A stretch of DNA of 15,595 nucleotides from Candidatus Firestoneibacteriota bacterium (GCA_038042445.1 JBBTED010000145.1:1-15595); one strand, 5' to 3'. Counted from the stretch's first letter, positions 1 through 8,157 are shown. Notes: generated from the letters alone by a model not told the origin. Numbers and translations are program-made.

Positions 1-543
1 CTGGTACTCGGCACATACATCCTTAACATCCAAGAGCTCCGCAAAAAACTCTTGGAAAACACAGTCAATCCGAGTTGGCAAAAACGGCTACTTGCGTGGC
101 TAGCACCATTCCTGGCTCTGCGCAGAAGCGCTGGCGTACGCTGGTCATTCTTCGCAGTCGGCTTGTCCACGATCAGCTTGAACTACGACGGCCTTGTGGC
201 GCGTCGGACTGACGTGGGCTTCGGCTTTGGACTTGTCTGCGGGATTGCCGCGCTTGGCAACCTTGCCGTGACAATTGCCAGAAAAGAGCACCGCGGGGTC
301 AAAACCAACGAAGCCCTTCTAAGGATGGCTGTCCTTGGCGGGCTATTCGCAGTCGGTGTATTCTTGACTGGATTAGCTTTCCGCTACTCATTAGTGGCAT
401 ACGTAGGAACGATGAAGCGGGTGGTAATCCCGATGACGATTGTCCTCGCATACATGTTACTGAAAGAGCGGAAGTCATTCAGGCAGAGGATCGCTGGCGG
501 AATCATTATGACTATCGGGGCGATAATTATCGCACTCGCCTAA
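1..543 (+). CDS. EamA/DMT family transporter, 5'-partial (C-terminal portion)
   Basis: Frame 1 is open from base 1 (LVLGTYILNIQELRKKLLEN...), so the TTG at 52 is probably not the true start. Several TM helices and a typical EamA C-terminus 'SLVAYVGTMKRVVIPMTIVLAYMLLKERKSFRQRIAGGIIMTIGAIIIA'. Stop TAA at 541-543. Confidence 0.85.
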   Translation: MVLGTYILNIQELRKKLLENTVNPSWQKRLLAWLAPFLALRRSAGVRWSFFAVGLSTISLNYDGLVARRTDVGFGFGLVCGIAALGNLAVTIARKEHRGVKTNEALLRMAVLGGLFAVGVFLTGLAFRYSLVAYVGTMKRVVIPMTIVLAYMLLKERKSFRQRIAGGIIMTIGAIIIALA

Positions 544-551
544 CAGGGAGG

Positions 552-598
552 AAACACGGCCTAACGAGGGACTGGCCACCCTCTTCATCCGTGTTTTT
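552..598 (+). terminator. Compound stem-loop followed by a T run; probable intrinsic terminator of the + strand EamA gene
   Basis: AAACACGG (552-559) pairs with CCGTGTTT (589-596). Inner GAGGG (566-570) pairs with CCCTC (579-583). T-tract at 594-598. Starts 8 nt after the stop codon. Confidence 0.5.
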
Positions 599-620
599 AA
601 AAATTTTGAAAACAGTGATG

Positions 621-657
621 ACAAACCCTGCACCGTTCTGGCGCAGGGTTTGTTTTT
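621..657. terminator. Strong hairpin between convergent genes; probable (bidirectional) intrinsic terminator
   Basis: ACAAACCCTGC (621-631) is a perfect inverted repeat of GCAGGGTTTGT (643-653), with T's to 657 on +. On the minus strand the stem extends through a G-U pair plus CC/GG around a 5-nt loop. Lies about 15 nt downstream of the stop of the last minus-strand gene. Confidence 0.7.
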
Positions 658-668
658 AACAAAACCTA

Positions 669-1544
669 TCATCTAAAATAAATCCCCACAATCAGCATTA
701 CAGACCCTATTAATCCCAAACCCATCCCCAACCAATCTATCCATCCAAATCCTCGCTTTTCTTGAAAAACAAATAAACCAATTAACACCACTCCTAATAC
801 AAAGAAGAAAGAATGCAAAGGAAAAAACAGGGTGGCCGGAATAATTAATAACAACCAGTAAAAAATCCACATAGCCCCCACAGTCGTCAAACCCAAAAGA
901 GAATAAAAAAACAATTTTTCTCTGTCTATCCAAATAGTCCAGCTTCGTCCTTTAACTAAGGAAAGTAAAGCGCCCAGGAAAGCTCCACTATACCAAGAAA
1001 ATAAATAATTATGTTCCGCCACTTCTCGCACAGCAAAATATTTTATTAAAAAATTTACTGCGCCTCCGATTAATACATACACAATCGCAGCAAAAATCCA
1101 GCGCCGGCGGATAGTATGGCTATACCGCTTGCTTGTTCCTAAAAAAAACATTGCCAATAATGTGGCCAACAGGCCAAATAAAGTAATCAAACCGCTATTA
1201 CTCCTGGGGTCAAGAAAATGCCACTCGTCAAGAAATAAAGCGCTTAAAAAAACCGCAACCGTGCTTACTAATGGAAACAAAAAAATGCTCTGCGACAGTG
1301 CTATTTTTACGGCCCGACCAAAAAACAAAGCCGCTATAACATTTATAAAACCAATGGTTGCGATTTCAACATTAAAATCAAGCGGCTTTTGCGATATCAA
1401 CACTATCAGCAATGATAATGGAAAACAAAAAAAGAACATTAGTGCTACCACCTTACCAACTGGTTCAGTTATTAGTAATTTTTTATTGCAATACTGCGAA
1501 ATGATAGCGGCGATTATCCCTATGCCAAAAGCTAAAAAAATCAT
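669..1544 (-). CDS. EamA/DMT superfamily transporter (about 10 TM, two repeats)
   Basis: 291 aa and highly hydrophobic. Two repeats end in 'VFLSALFLDE' and 'VLIGLFVFQEKRGFGWIDWLGMGLGLIGSVML', typical of DMT/EamA. Confidence 0.8.
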   Translation of the reverse strand: MIFLAFGIGIIAAIISQYCNKKLLITEPVGKVVALMFFFCFPLSLLIVLISQKPLDFNVEIATIGFINVIAALFFGRAVKIALSQSIFLFPLVSTVAVFLSALFLDEWHFLDPRSNSGLITLFGLLATLLAMFFLGTSKRYSHTIRRRWIFAAIVYVLIGGAVNFLIKYFAVREVAEHNYLFSWYSGAFLGALLSLVKGRSWTIWIDREKLFFYSLLGLTTVGAMWIFYWLLLIIPATLFFPLHSFFFVLGVVLIGLFVFQEKRGFGWIDWLGMGLGLIGSVMLIVGIYFR

Positions 1545-1556
1545 AATTTGTTCAAT

Positions 1557-2312
1557 TTAGGATTGCCGCTCTTCTTGCAATGACTTCGCATACCCTTCAT
1601 TGCGTTTGTTTTTAGAGTTAATTATCCCCCACTGGGGATGGTCACTGACAATCTTTAAAATAGTATTCATTTTAAAATCATTTAACCGTTCTGCTTCTTC
1701 TGTTATGAGTTTTATAAATTCTAAATCCTCTTTTGTGTCTAATGTCCAGCGCAGATCGGACAAATCTGGGCTGTGTATTACATTTTTTAATTTAAACTTC
1801 TCCGGATGCTTCCATAAATAAGGGGTGACATGCTCCCGTTCTGATTTTAATCTGGCTTCTGTCCAAGCTTTTTTTAAGGCCGCAAATGAAAAAACCTCCA
1901 CGTCCAGGCCATCGGGAAAAGTCGGTGGGTGAGTATTGGAAACATAATCATAATCTCCTCTTTGAAACTCCTCTACAACCTTGTCCACAATTTGAAAATC
2001 TAAAAGCGGGCAGTCGCCAGTAATACGCACTACAGCGTCGGCCGCCGCCTCTTTTGCAGCATTGTAATACCTATCTAAAACATCGTTCTCGCTGCCACGA
2101 TAAAAATTTACTTTATTATACTCTGCCCAATTCGCCAATGAATCATTATCTTGATCTTTGCCAGTAGCCAACACAATTTCATCAATCATTTTTGATAATC
2201 TTATTCTTTCCCACACATGCTGAATGGTTGGTTTCCCAGCTATATTCAAAAGCATCTTACCCGGCAGACGAGTAGAGCCCATTCTTGCTTGAATAATTGC
2301 CACTATTTTCAT
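1557..2312 (-). CDS. spsF: SpsF-like acylneuraminate cytidylyltransferase family protein (CMP-nonulosonate synthetase)
   Basis: 'IIQARMGSTRLPGK', 'RGSENDVLDRY', 'VRITGDCPL', 'FPDGLDVE', 'REHVTPY', 'RWTLDT' motifs of the CTP_transf_3/SpsF family. ATGA overlap with the upstream gene. Confidence 0.9.
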   Translation of the reverse strand: MKIVAIIQARMGSTRLPGKMLLNIAGKPTIQHVWERIRLSKMIDEIVLATGKDQDNDSLANWAEYNKVNFYRGSENDVLDRYYNAAKEAAADAVVRITGDCPLLDFQIVDKVVEEFQRGDYDYVSNTHPPTFPDGLDVEVFSFAALKKAWTEARLKSEREHVTPYLWKHPEKFKLKNVIHSPDLSDLRWTLDTKEDLEFIKLITEEAERLNDFKMNTILKIVSDHPQWGIINSKNKRNEGYAKSLQEERQS

Positions 2313-3301
2313 ATGTATATACTTCTATCTTCTTCCGAAGACTCTTTGGCCGCACAAATTAATTTTAAAATCCGTGCGCCTTTTTCTATAGGAGTAATCG
2401 TTTGTTTTCTATTTTCTACACAATCCAAGAATTGTCTAATCTGCTCAACATACATATTGTTGATATCATAATCTACATCAAGTGAAAACTCCTCCTTCTC
2501 TTTATCTTTGACCAAAAGTACGACTTTCTTTTCATTTACATTCCACAATATAGTTCCATCTTCCCCAAAAAACTCAAAATCGCGTTGTGAGAATCTTTGC
2601 ACATAATCTTGGTGTATTTCACAAACCGCGCCACTCTTCATTTTCAGAATGACTTCAGCGACATCTTCAGTATTGACAGTAATGTCGCTTACTCTGCTGG
2701 CAAAACAAGCCAGTTTTTCAACATCGCCTAAAAACCAAGTCAGATAATCAAACTCATGAGATTCAAGTAAAATTCCGCCCCCAAGTTTCGTGTTTGCGCT
2801 ATAGCCATCTTTATGATCTTCCCATGGATGCCAATCGGGAAGATAAGCGCCAAATTGGCAACGAGCTGATAAAACTCTGCCAATCATATTATTATCTAAC
2901 AATTCTTTCATTTTTTGAAATAAAGGATAAAATTTCCAGTTGCTGCCAAACATTGTTACTAATTGCTTTTCTTTTATAATGGCAAGTAACTTATTAACGC
3001 CTTCTAAATCATGAGACAACGGCTTTTCCACAAATAAATCGCAACCCCTCTTTGCGCATTCTAAGGCCTGCTCCATATGATAGACAGATGGACTACAAAC
3101 AAACGCGATTTCAAAATCTTTATCAGCAAAAGCGTCTTCAATCAAGCGGTACGTTTTGACCTCATATTTTTTTTCAATTTCCTTTTCTGCCATATCCGCG
3201 TTTGGCTCAACAATAAAAATTTGTTTTTCACCAAGAGAAAACAGATTGCGCATATGGCGCTTGCCAATTGACCCACCGCCGATAATTAGTATATTTTTCA
3301 T
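2309..3301 (-). CDS. Gfo/Idh/MocA family NAD(P)-dependent oxidoreductase
   Basis: 'ILIIGGGSIGKRH' Rossmann motif, 'FVEKPL', 'YLPDWHPWED', 'GGGILLESHEFDY'. Confidence 0.92.
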   Translation of the reverse strand: MKNILIIGGGSIGKRHMRNLFSLGEKQIFIVEPNADMAEKEIEKKYEVKTYRLIEDAFADKDFEIAFVCSPSVYHMEQALECAKRGCDLFVEKPLSHDLEGVNKLLAIIKEKQLVTMFGSNWKFYPLFQKMKELLDNNMIGRVLSARCQFGAYLPDWHPWEDHKDGYSANTKLGGGILLESHEFDYLTWFLGDVEKLACFASRVSDITVNTEDVAEVILKMKSGAVCEIHQDYVQRFSQRDFEFFGEDGTILWNVNEKKVVLLVKDKEKEEFSLDVDYDINNMYVEQIRQFLDCVENRKQTITPIEKGARILKLICAAKESSEEDRSIYI

Positions 3302-3927
3302 AGAAATTGTTTGATATCTCTAAAAAATTGATTACGGTTTTCAAATAACATTGTCTGTAAACCGATTCCATCCGCGATTTTGATTTTATTTTTAGAATTG
3401 TCAATGAATAAAGCATCTGGCGCGGCAACACCCATCCGCTCAAGCATTAGTTTAAAAATTGCAGGCCCATCACCCTTTACCATGCCCACACCCTCATCAC
3501 AGCTATACATTTCTATTGGAAAATAATACACTATATCAGCGACTTTATGAATATAATCCCTCATAACCGGAGTTAAATCTGATAACAAACTTACCTTATA
3601 TTTATTCTGCAGTTTCTTGGCCATCTCTAATACATCATGCCAGATCTCCGTTGAATCAATATATGCCCGTGTCATAGTCTCCGGGTTTAACAACGCGGTT
3701 TCTTCAAAATTGTAATATCTCAAAATTTTTCTGTAAAATTCATCAGGGGTATATTTCCCGCGATAAAAATCTAAATATAAACCCATCACATCCTTACAAA
3801 TATCATTTGGATGCTTGCCAACTTTATTTTGAAATGCTTTTGACGCAAATGGTTCGCCTTCGCTACAGCACACACCGCCCCAGTCAAAAATAACAGCTTT
3901 TATTTTATTTTTATTTTTTATAGACAT
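3298..3927 (-). CDS. HAD-superfamily hydrolase (subfamily IA, YihX-like sugar-phosphate phosphatase)
   Basis: Motif I 'AVIFDWGGV', motif II 'LLSD', motif III Lys in 'GMVKGD', motif IV 'LFIDNS'. ATGA overlap with the downstream gene. Confidence 0.85.
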   Translation of the reverse strand: MSIKNKNKIKAVIFDWGGVCCSEGEPFASKAFQNKVGKHPNDICKDVMGLYLDFYRGKYTPDEFYRKILRYYNFEETALLNPETMTRAYIDSTEIWHDVLEMAKKLQNKYKVSLLSDLTPVMRDYIHKVADIVYYFPIEMYSCDEGVGMVKGDGPAIFKLMLERMGVAAPDALFIDNSKNKIKIADGIGLQTMLFENRNQFFRDIKQFL

Positions 3928-3935
3928 AATAATTA

Positions 3936-5210
3936 TTAGTTGCGAACGGTGCGCGGAGCTACAACTTCCCCGCCCAACTCACTTTCAAGAATTTCAAAAT
4001 CAACAATATCTTTAAGGCGGCAGCAAATATTATTTAAAATTTTGAACACTAAATCAATTTCTAATTTTTTATGTAAATAGCTAAACATAATTGAAGAACT
4101 AAAGAATACTCCCTCTTTGTTAAATTCTTGATAAATAAATGTCTTTAAAACACGAGACGTGTAATCATCTTTTATGTTTATTTTCATTACTGGATGAGGT
4201 CCATAACCAAAAAACTCCACAGGTACTTTATTGTCTGCACAAATTTTATTAGCATTTTTCATGAAATATTCTCCAATAGCATGCAGATGACTGTGCACAT
4301 CTCCATATTCTTGCATCATCTTAATGGTTTCAATAGCAGCCACTAAACTTGGTACAAAACCGCCGAAAGTCGTAGAGACGAATACTTCATCCATTCTCTT
4401 CATAATCTCAGCCCTGCCAGCAATGATAGATAGTGGATATCCGGCCGAGACCGCCTTGCCAAAACAGGCAATATCTGGTATTACACCAAAATATTCCTGA
4501 GCTCCGCCCAAAGCCCACCTAAAACCGGTAACCATCTCATCATAAATCAATACGGCTCCATATCTGTGCGTAACTTCTTTAACTTTCTCCAAAAAATTAT
4601 CTTGTGGTTTTTCTGAAGAGGTCGGTTCCATAATAACAGCCGCAATTTGCCCTGGATAATCAGAAAAGATTTTCTCTAAAGATGATGGGTTGTTATAGAC
4701 GAAATCATGCGTCAAGGATTTAAATAGGATTGGCACTCCATTATTTCGACCTTCTTTGGTGCAGATACTCCAATCTTGAAAACCATGATAGCCGCACTTA
4801 GCAATATGGTCTCGGCCTGTAATATACCGAGCCAAACGAACAGCACCGCTCGTCGCCTCATTACCGCCCAAAAGAAACCTGCTCATTTCGGCACAAGGCA
4901 CCACCTTTTTTATTAGTTCCGCCAATTCTAGCTCCCTTTCAGATGGCAGAGAAAAAATAGTCCCCTTATCAATCTGTTTCTTTACAGCATTATCAATACG
5001 CTCATTCGCATATCCAAAAATCATCGGTCCGAGCGCTATGAGCATGTCCAGATATTTATTGCCTTCTGCGTCCCAAATATATGGCCCTTTACCACGCGCG
5101 ATTGTTACCGGAGAGACACCAACAACATATTGAGTCGGATTTTTACTGAGTGTCTGCGCGCCAGAAGGAATATATTTTAAAATCTTATTCAGATATGCTC
5201 GTTTGTCCAT
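3936..5210 (-). CDS. Class III PLP-dependent aminotransferase (GSA-aminomutase-like, sugar-pathway subfamily)
   Basis: 'GKGPYIWDAEGNKYLD', 'CGYHGFQDW', 'AAVIMEP', 'LIYDEMVTGFR', PLP lysine in 'CFGKAVSAGYP', 'STTFGG'. The N-terminus is 'SGAQTLSK', not the HemL 'SPVRAF'. Confidence 0.9.
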   Translation of the reverse strand: MDKRAYLNKILKYIPSGAQTLSKNPTQYVVGVSPVTIARGKGPYIWDAEGNKYLDMLIALGPMIFGYANERIDNAVKKQIDKGTIFSLPSERELELAELIKKVVPCAEMSRFLLGGNEATSGAVRLARYITGRDHIAKCGYHGFQDWSICTKEGRNNGVPILFKSLTHDFVYNNPSSLEKIFSDYPGQIAAVIMEPTSSEKPQDNFLEKVKEVTHRYGAVLIYDEMVTGFRWALGGAQEYFGVIPDIACFGKAVSAGYPLSIIAGRAEIMKRMDEVFVSTTFGGFVPSLVAAIETIKMMQEYGDVHSHLHAIGEYFMKNANKICADNKVPVEFFGYGPHPVMKINIKDDYTSRVLKTFIYQEFNKEGVFFSSSIMFSYLHKKLEIDLVFKILNNICCRLKDIVDFEILESELGGEVVAPRTVRN

Positions 5211-5230
5211 AAAATTGAATTATATAAATA

Positions 5231-6319
5231 TCAACTTGGCCAAAAAAATTTAATCTCATCCATTGCAATTAGAAACTTTGATAAATTGCTTGCCCAAACG
5301 CGATTATTTTGTTTATAAACACCATTTAAAACAAATAAATTCTTACGAATAAACTCATCTTTCAAAAGATATGGCATCATCTCTTTTTCTTTATCCAACA
5401 AATTTTTTACTTCGTTATAACTCTCAATAAACATATCCTTAAGTTTTGAAGCATTCTCTTTTGTTTGTTCGACATCCTTATGAACAAAAAACTGTCTTCC
5501 TAAACGATAAATCGCATGCGCGACATCTCTTGCCTGTTGACTGACTCGCATCCCCCCAAGATCAAGAATAGCTTCTACATCATCATTTTTTATTAAAAAA
5601 TTATGTGGATGAGTGTCAGAGTGGATAATTTGTTTTGATAAATTTTCTATATCTTGTTCATGATTTTTTACTTCTTTAACAGCATCTAAAAAACATGGTA
5701 TCCTGTTTAAAACTTCTTTATCAATCTCAGTTTTTTCTGATTTTTTATCAATAATATTTTGCAGATTAATAAAATCTTTTTTTGAATATGTTTCTATAAC
5801 ATTAAAATAAAGATCTCCATGATGGCTTAAAGTTTGAATACGATCAAAATCAGAACTATCAAGAGCATTAAACGCGAGATGAAGCTGAGCTATTGCTTTG
5901 GCAACTGAGCAAAAACTTTTCATGCTGGGATAAAAATGTTCAGCTGAAATAAATTTATATACTTGATAATACTCATCTTCCACAACTACCATCCACTCAC
6001 CAGCAATCGTTTTCAATGGTACAATGACCTTTGCTCCAAACTTATTCAATCTGTATGCCAAACCACTATAAAATTTAATCTGGTCTGTTTGTAAAGTTTT
6101 GTGTTTTCTAACTAAAACTTCTTCTTCTGAATTGCCAGCATTAAGTATAATTTTAAAATTCTCTGAATGCGCGGCGGTTCCACCGACTTTACATACCGAC
6201 TTAATTATTGGATTGTCAAAATAATTTTTTAAAATATCATAAAAAGGCCGCCAATCTGAACCAATCTCTTCATATTGAATCTTTGGGTTGGAAAAATTAT
6301 CTTGTGCAAAAAAATTCAT
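5231..6319 (-). CDS. APH/homoserine-kinase-II-like phosphotransferase (protein-kinase-like fold)
   Basis: Brenner-type motif 'IIHSDTHPHNFL' and Mg-binding 'ILDLG'. Also 'AIAQLH' and an N-lobe Lys in 'VLVRK'. Confidence 0.85.
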   Translation of the reverse strand: MNFFAQDNFSNPKIQYEEIGSDWRPFYDILKNYFDNPIIKSVCKVGGTAAHSENFKIILNAGNSEEEVLVRKHKTLQTDQIKFYSGLAYRLNKFGAKVIVPLKTIAGEWMVVVEDEYYQVYKFISAEHFYPSMKSFCSVAKAIAQLHLAFNALDSSDFDRIQTLSHHGDLYFNVIETYSKKDFINLQNIIDKKSEKTEIDKEVLNRIPCFLDAVKEVKNHEQDIENLSKQIIHSDTHPHNFLIKNDDVEAILDLGGMRVSQQARDVAHAIYRLGRQFFVHKDVEQTKENASKLKDMFIESYNEVKNLLDKEKEMMPYLLKDEFIRKNLFVLNGVYKQNNRVWASNLSKFLIAMDEIKFFWPS

Positions 6320-6322
6320 AAT

Positions 6323-7081
6323 TTACAGAGATTTAAAATATTCCAAATTCTTAACATCATTCTGCAAATTATTACTAATTTTAGGTGTCTCAAATAACAA
6401 ATAAATAACTCTTTTTTCAGAGAAATTTTCCAACAACTCTCGTATCCACTTAATGTCAAACTCCGCTTCCCACAAATTGACGTGTTGATCCACAGGACTT
6501 TTTAAATCTCCTCCAGAAATATGAAAGTAGGATGGATCTAACTTTCTCATCGCTTCTTTGATAAACTCTCTATAATCTTTTTTCTGATAAATTGAAGCTT
6601 TTATTACTTTCTCAAAGTCAAAACAAATATTTTTCTTCTTTTTTATTGCTAACAAATCAGTTAAGGTCTGCCCAAATTGCATTGGATTGTTGTCAATATC
6701 TAATCCGGGCATGGTTTCTATTAAAATCCTTGCGTCATTAATTTTTTCTACATTTTCCCAAAATGTCTTTGTATTATGCACGCGTCCTGGATGGAGGATA
6801 ATAAAATCAACTTTAAAAAAATCAGCCATTTCAACGGTCCCTTTCCAATCTGGCAATTGATCTTCTGTAATAAAAAAATCGTGCCATCGCTTATCATACC
6901 GCCCATGATGAACAGCTTTTACAGAAACTGAATTCAAAATTTCCAGCTTGTTATAATCCTTCAGCTCCGAACTATTGTGGTATATTTCTAAAAAGTCAAA
7001 CTTTCCTAGATTTACTAAATTCACTGCTTTTTGAAACAGGTTAGTATTGTTTGACCAAATTTTTAGACCATATTTAATCAT
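6323..7081 (-). CDS. Xylose-isomerase/AP-endonuclease-2-like TIM-barrel protein
   Basis: Pattern 'YGLKIWS..FLEIY..VHH..IILHPG..ILIETMP..ICFDFEK..YFHISG..DQH..LLFETP' carries the metal-ligand positions typical of this fold. Confidence 0.75.
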   Translation of the reverse strand: MIKYGLKIWSNNTNLFQKAVNLVNLGKFDFLEIYHNSSELKDYNKLEILNSVSVKAVHHGRYDKRWHDFFITEDQLPDWKGTVEMADFFKVDFIILHPGRVHNTKTFWENVEKINDARILIETMPGLDIDNNPMQFGQTLTDLLAIKKKKNICFDFEKVIKASIYQKKDYREFIKEAMRKLDPSYFHISGGDLKSPVDQHVNLWEAEFDIKWIRELLENFSEKRVIYLLFETPKISNNLQNDVKNLEYFKSL

Positions 7082-7083
7082 AA

Positions 7084-8157
7084 TTATTTTTCCATCAGAT
7101 CCAAAGAAAAAGGCGTACCACGTTCAACATCTTTTCCAGCTTTTTTACCTAATATATTTGGCAATTCCTTTGGCTCTAAGCCATATCCGGGGCGTATAAC
7201 TCTAACATTCTCCCCATTAAACCTTTCCCCTTTTTTTATATCTTTAATTACAAAAATGGAGCGTTTAAATACCTTATTTTCAGATTCTTTTTCACCCATT
7301 TCATAACTTATTTCGCCAATAGCCGCTTCGGCTTCTCTAACAGAATGAACCAATTGCTTCATTTCTTTTGGCTCAAGTGAAAAAGCCGCATCAGGTCCAC
7401 CATCATCCCTGCTTAAAGTAAAATGCTTTTCAATTATCGATGCTCCTAATGCCACAGAAATCAACGGAACTACAATTCCCAAACTATCCAAACTGTGATC
7501 TGATAGGCCAGATACTACATTAAATCTTTTCGCGATATCTGGAATAGTTTTGAGATTCATCTGTTCTGGCTTAGCCGGATAAGAGCTAATACAATGCAAA
7601 ACTGCCAACTGCGATGCGCCCGCCTCTTTTAATGTCTTAATTGCCAATTCCAAATCTTCCGCGGAGGTCATCCCTCGGGAAATTATAACAGGCTTGCCAG
7701 TACCGCCAACTTTTTTTAAAAGCTCAATATAACCGGTTTCAAATGATGCAATCTTATACAAACAGACGCCAATATCTTCTAAGAAATCCACGGCGGTATT
7801 ATCAAAAGGAGTGGAAAAACAAATTAATCCCTTTGACTCAGCATACTCCTTTAACTTTGGCTGCCACTCCCAAGGTGTATATGCCTTCTGGTAAAGACTG
7901 TATAAGGTTTGACCGCGCCAAGTGTCATTAACTTTTACCTGAAAATATTCTTTGTCACAATCAATAGTTATAGTATCAGGCGTGTAGGTCTGAAGTTTTA
8001 TCGCGTCCACTCCGGCTTCCGCTGCCGCATCAATAATTGAATATGCCCGATTAATATCCTGATTATGATTGCCAGACATCTCAGCTATTATAAAACATGG
8101 TTCGCCAGAACCGACCTTCCTTTCTCCTTTTGGTGTATTTATAAAAAACGATTTCAT
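7084..8157 (-). CDS. pseI: Pseudaminic acid synthase (NeuB family, C-terminal SAF domain)
   Basis: PseI-type motifs 'IIAEMSGNHNQ', 'IKLQTYTPDTITID', 'LYQKAYTPWEW', 'KIASFE', 'LHCISSYP', 'GLSDHS', 'IIEKHFTL', 'GGPDAAFSLEP', and SAF 'RVIRPGYGL'. Confidence 0.9.
   Translation of the reverse strand: MKSFFINTPKGERKVGSGEPCFIIAEMSGNHNQDINRAYSIIDAAAEAGVDAIKLQTYTPDTITIDCDKEYFQVKVNDTWRGQTLYSLYQKAYTPWEWQPKLKEYAESKGLICFSTPFDNTAVDFLEDIGVCLYKIASFETGYIELLKKVGGTGKPVIISRGMTSAEDLELAIKTLKEAGASQLAVLHCISSYPAKPEQMNLKTIPDIAKRFNVVSGLSDHSLDSLGIVVPLISVALGASIIEKHFTLSRDDGGPDAAFSLEPKEMKQLVHSVREAEAAIGEISYEMGEKESENKVFKRSIFVIKDIKKGERFNGENVRVIRPGYGLEPKELPNILGKKAGKDVERGTPFSLDLMEK

Noticed and set aside
52..54. ORF-track starts at 52 (TTG), 8813 (TTG) and 15566 (ATG)
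   Set aside because: The frames at 52 and 15566 remain open to the window edges and the proteins are truncated family members. For HisH, ATG 8807 fits the family N-terminus and the TATG pattern.
1129..1560. 143-aa plus-strand ORF and the other short alternative ORFs (e.g. 475-672, 673-933, 1600-1821, 8542-8790, 11552-11818, 13168-13416, 15235-15438)
   Set aside because: They overlap well-supported genes antisense or out of frame and have no recognisable motifs, so they are shadow ORFs.
3898..3920. Short TTTTA(T) repeats
   Set aside because: Low-complexity coding of KNKNKIK at the HAD N-terminus, not a repeat element.
3936..5210. hemL (tetrapyrrole biosynthesis)
   Set aside because: It lacks the HemL N-terminal SPVRAF signature, has no hem neighbours, and sits in a sugar-pathway context.
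5231..6319. Bona fide aminoglycoside resistance gene
   Set aside because: Only the generic kinase-fold motifs are visible. There is no recognisable similarity to a named APH and no mobile context.
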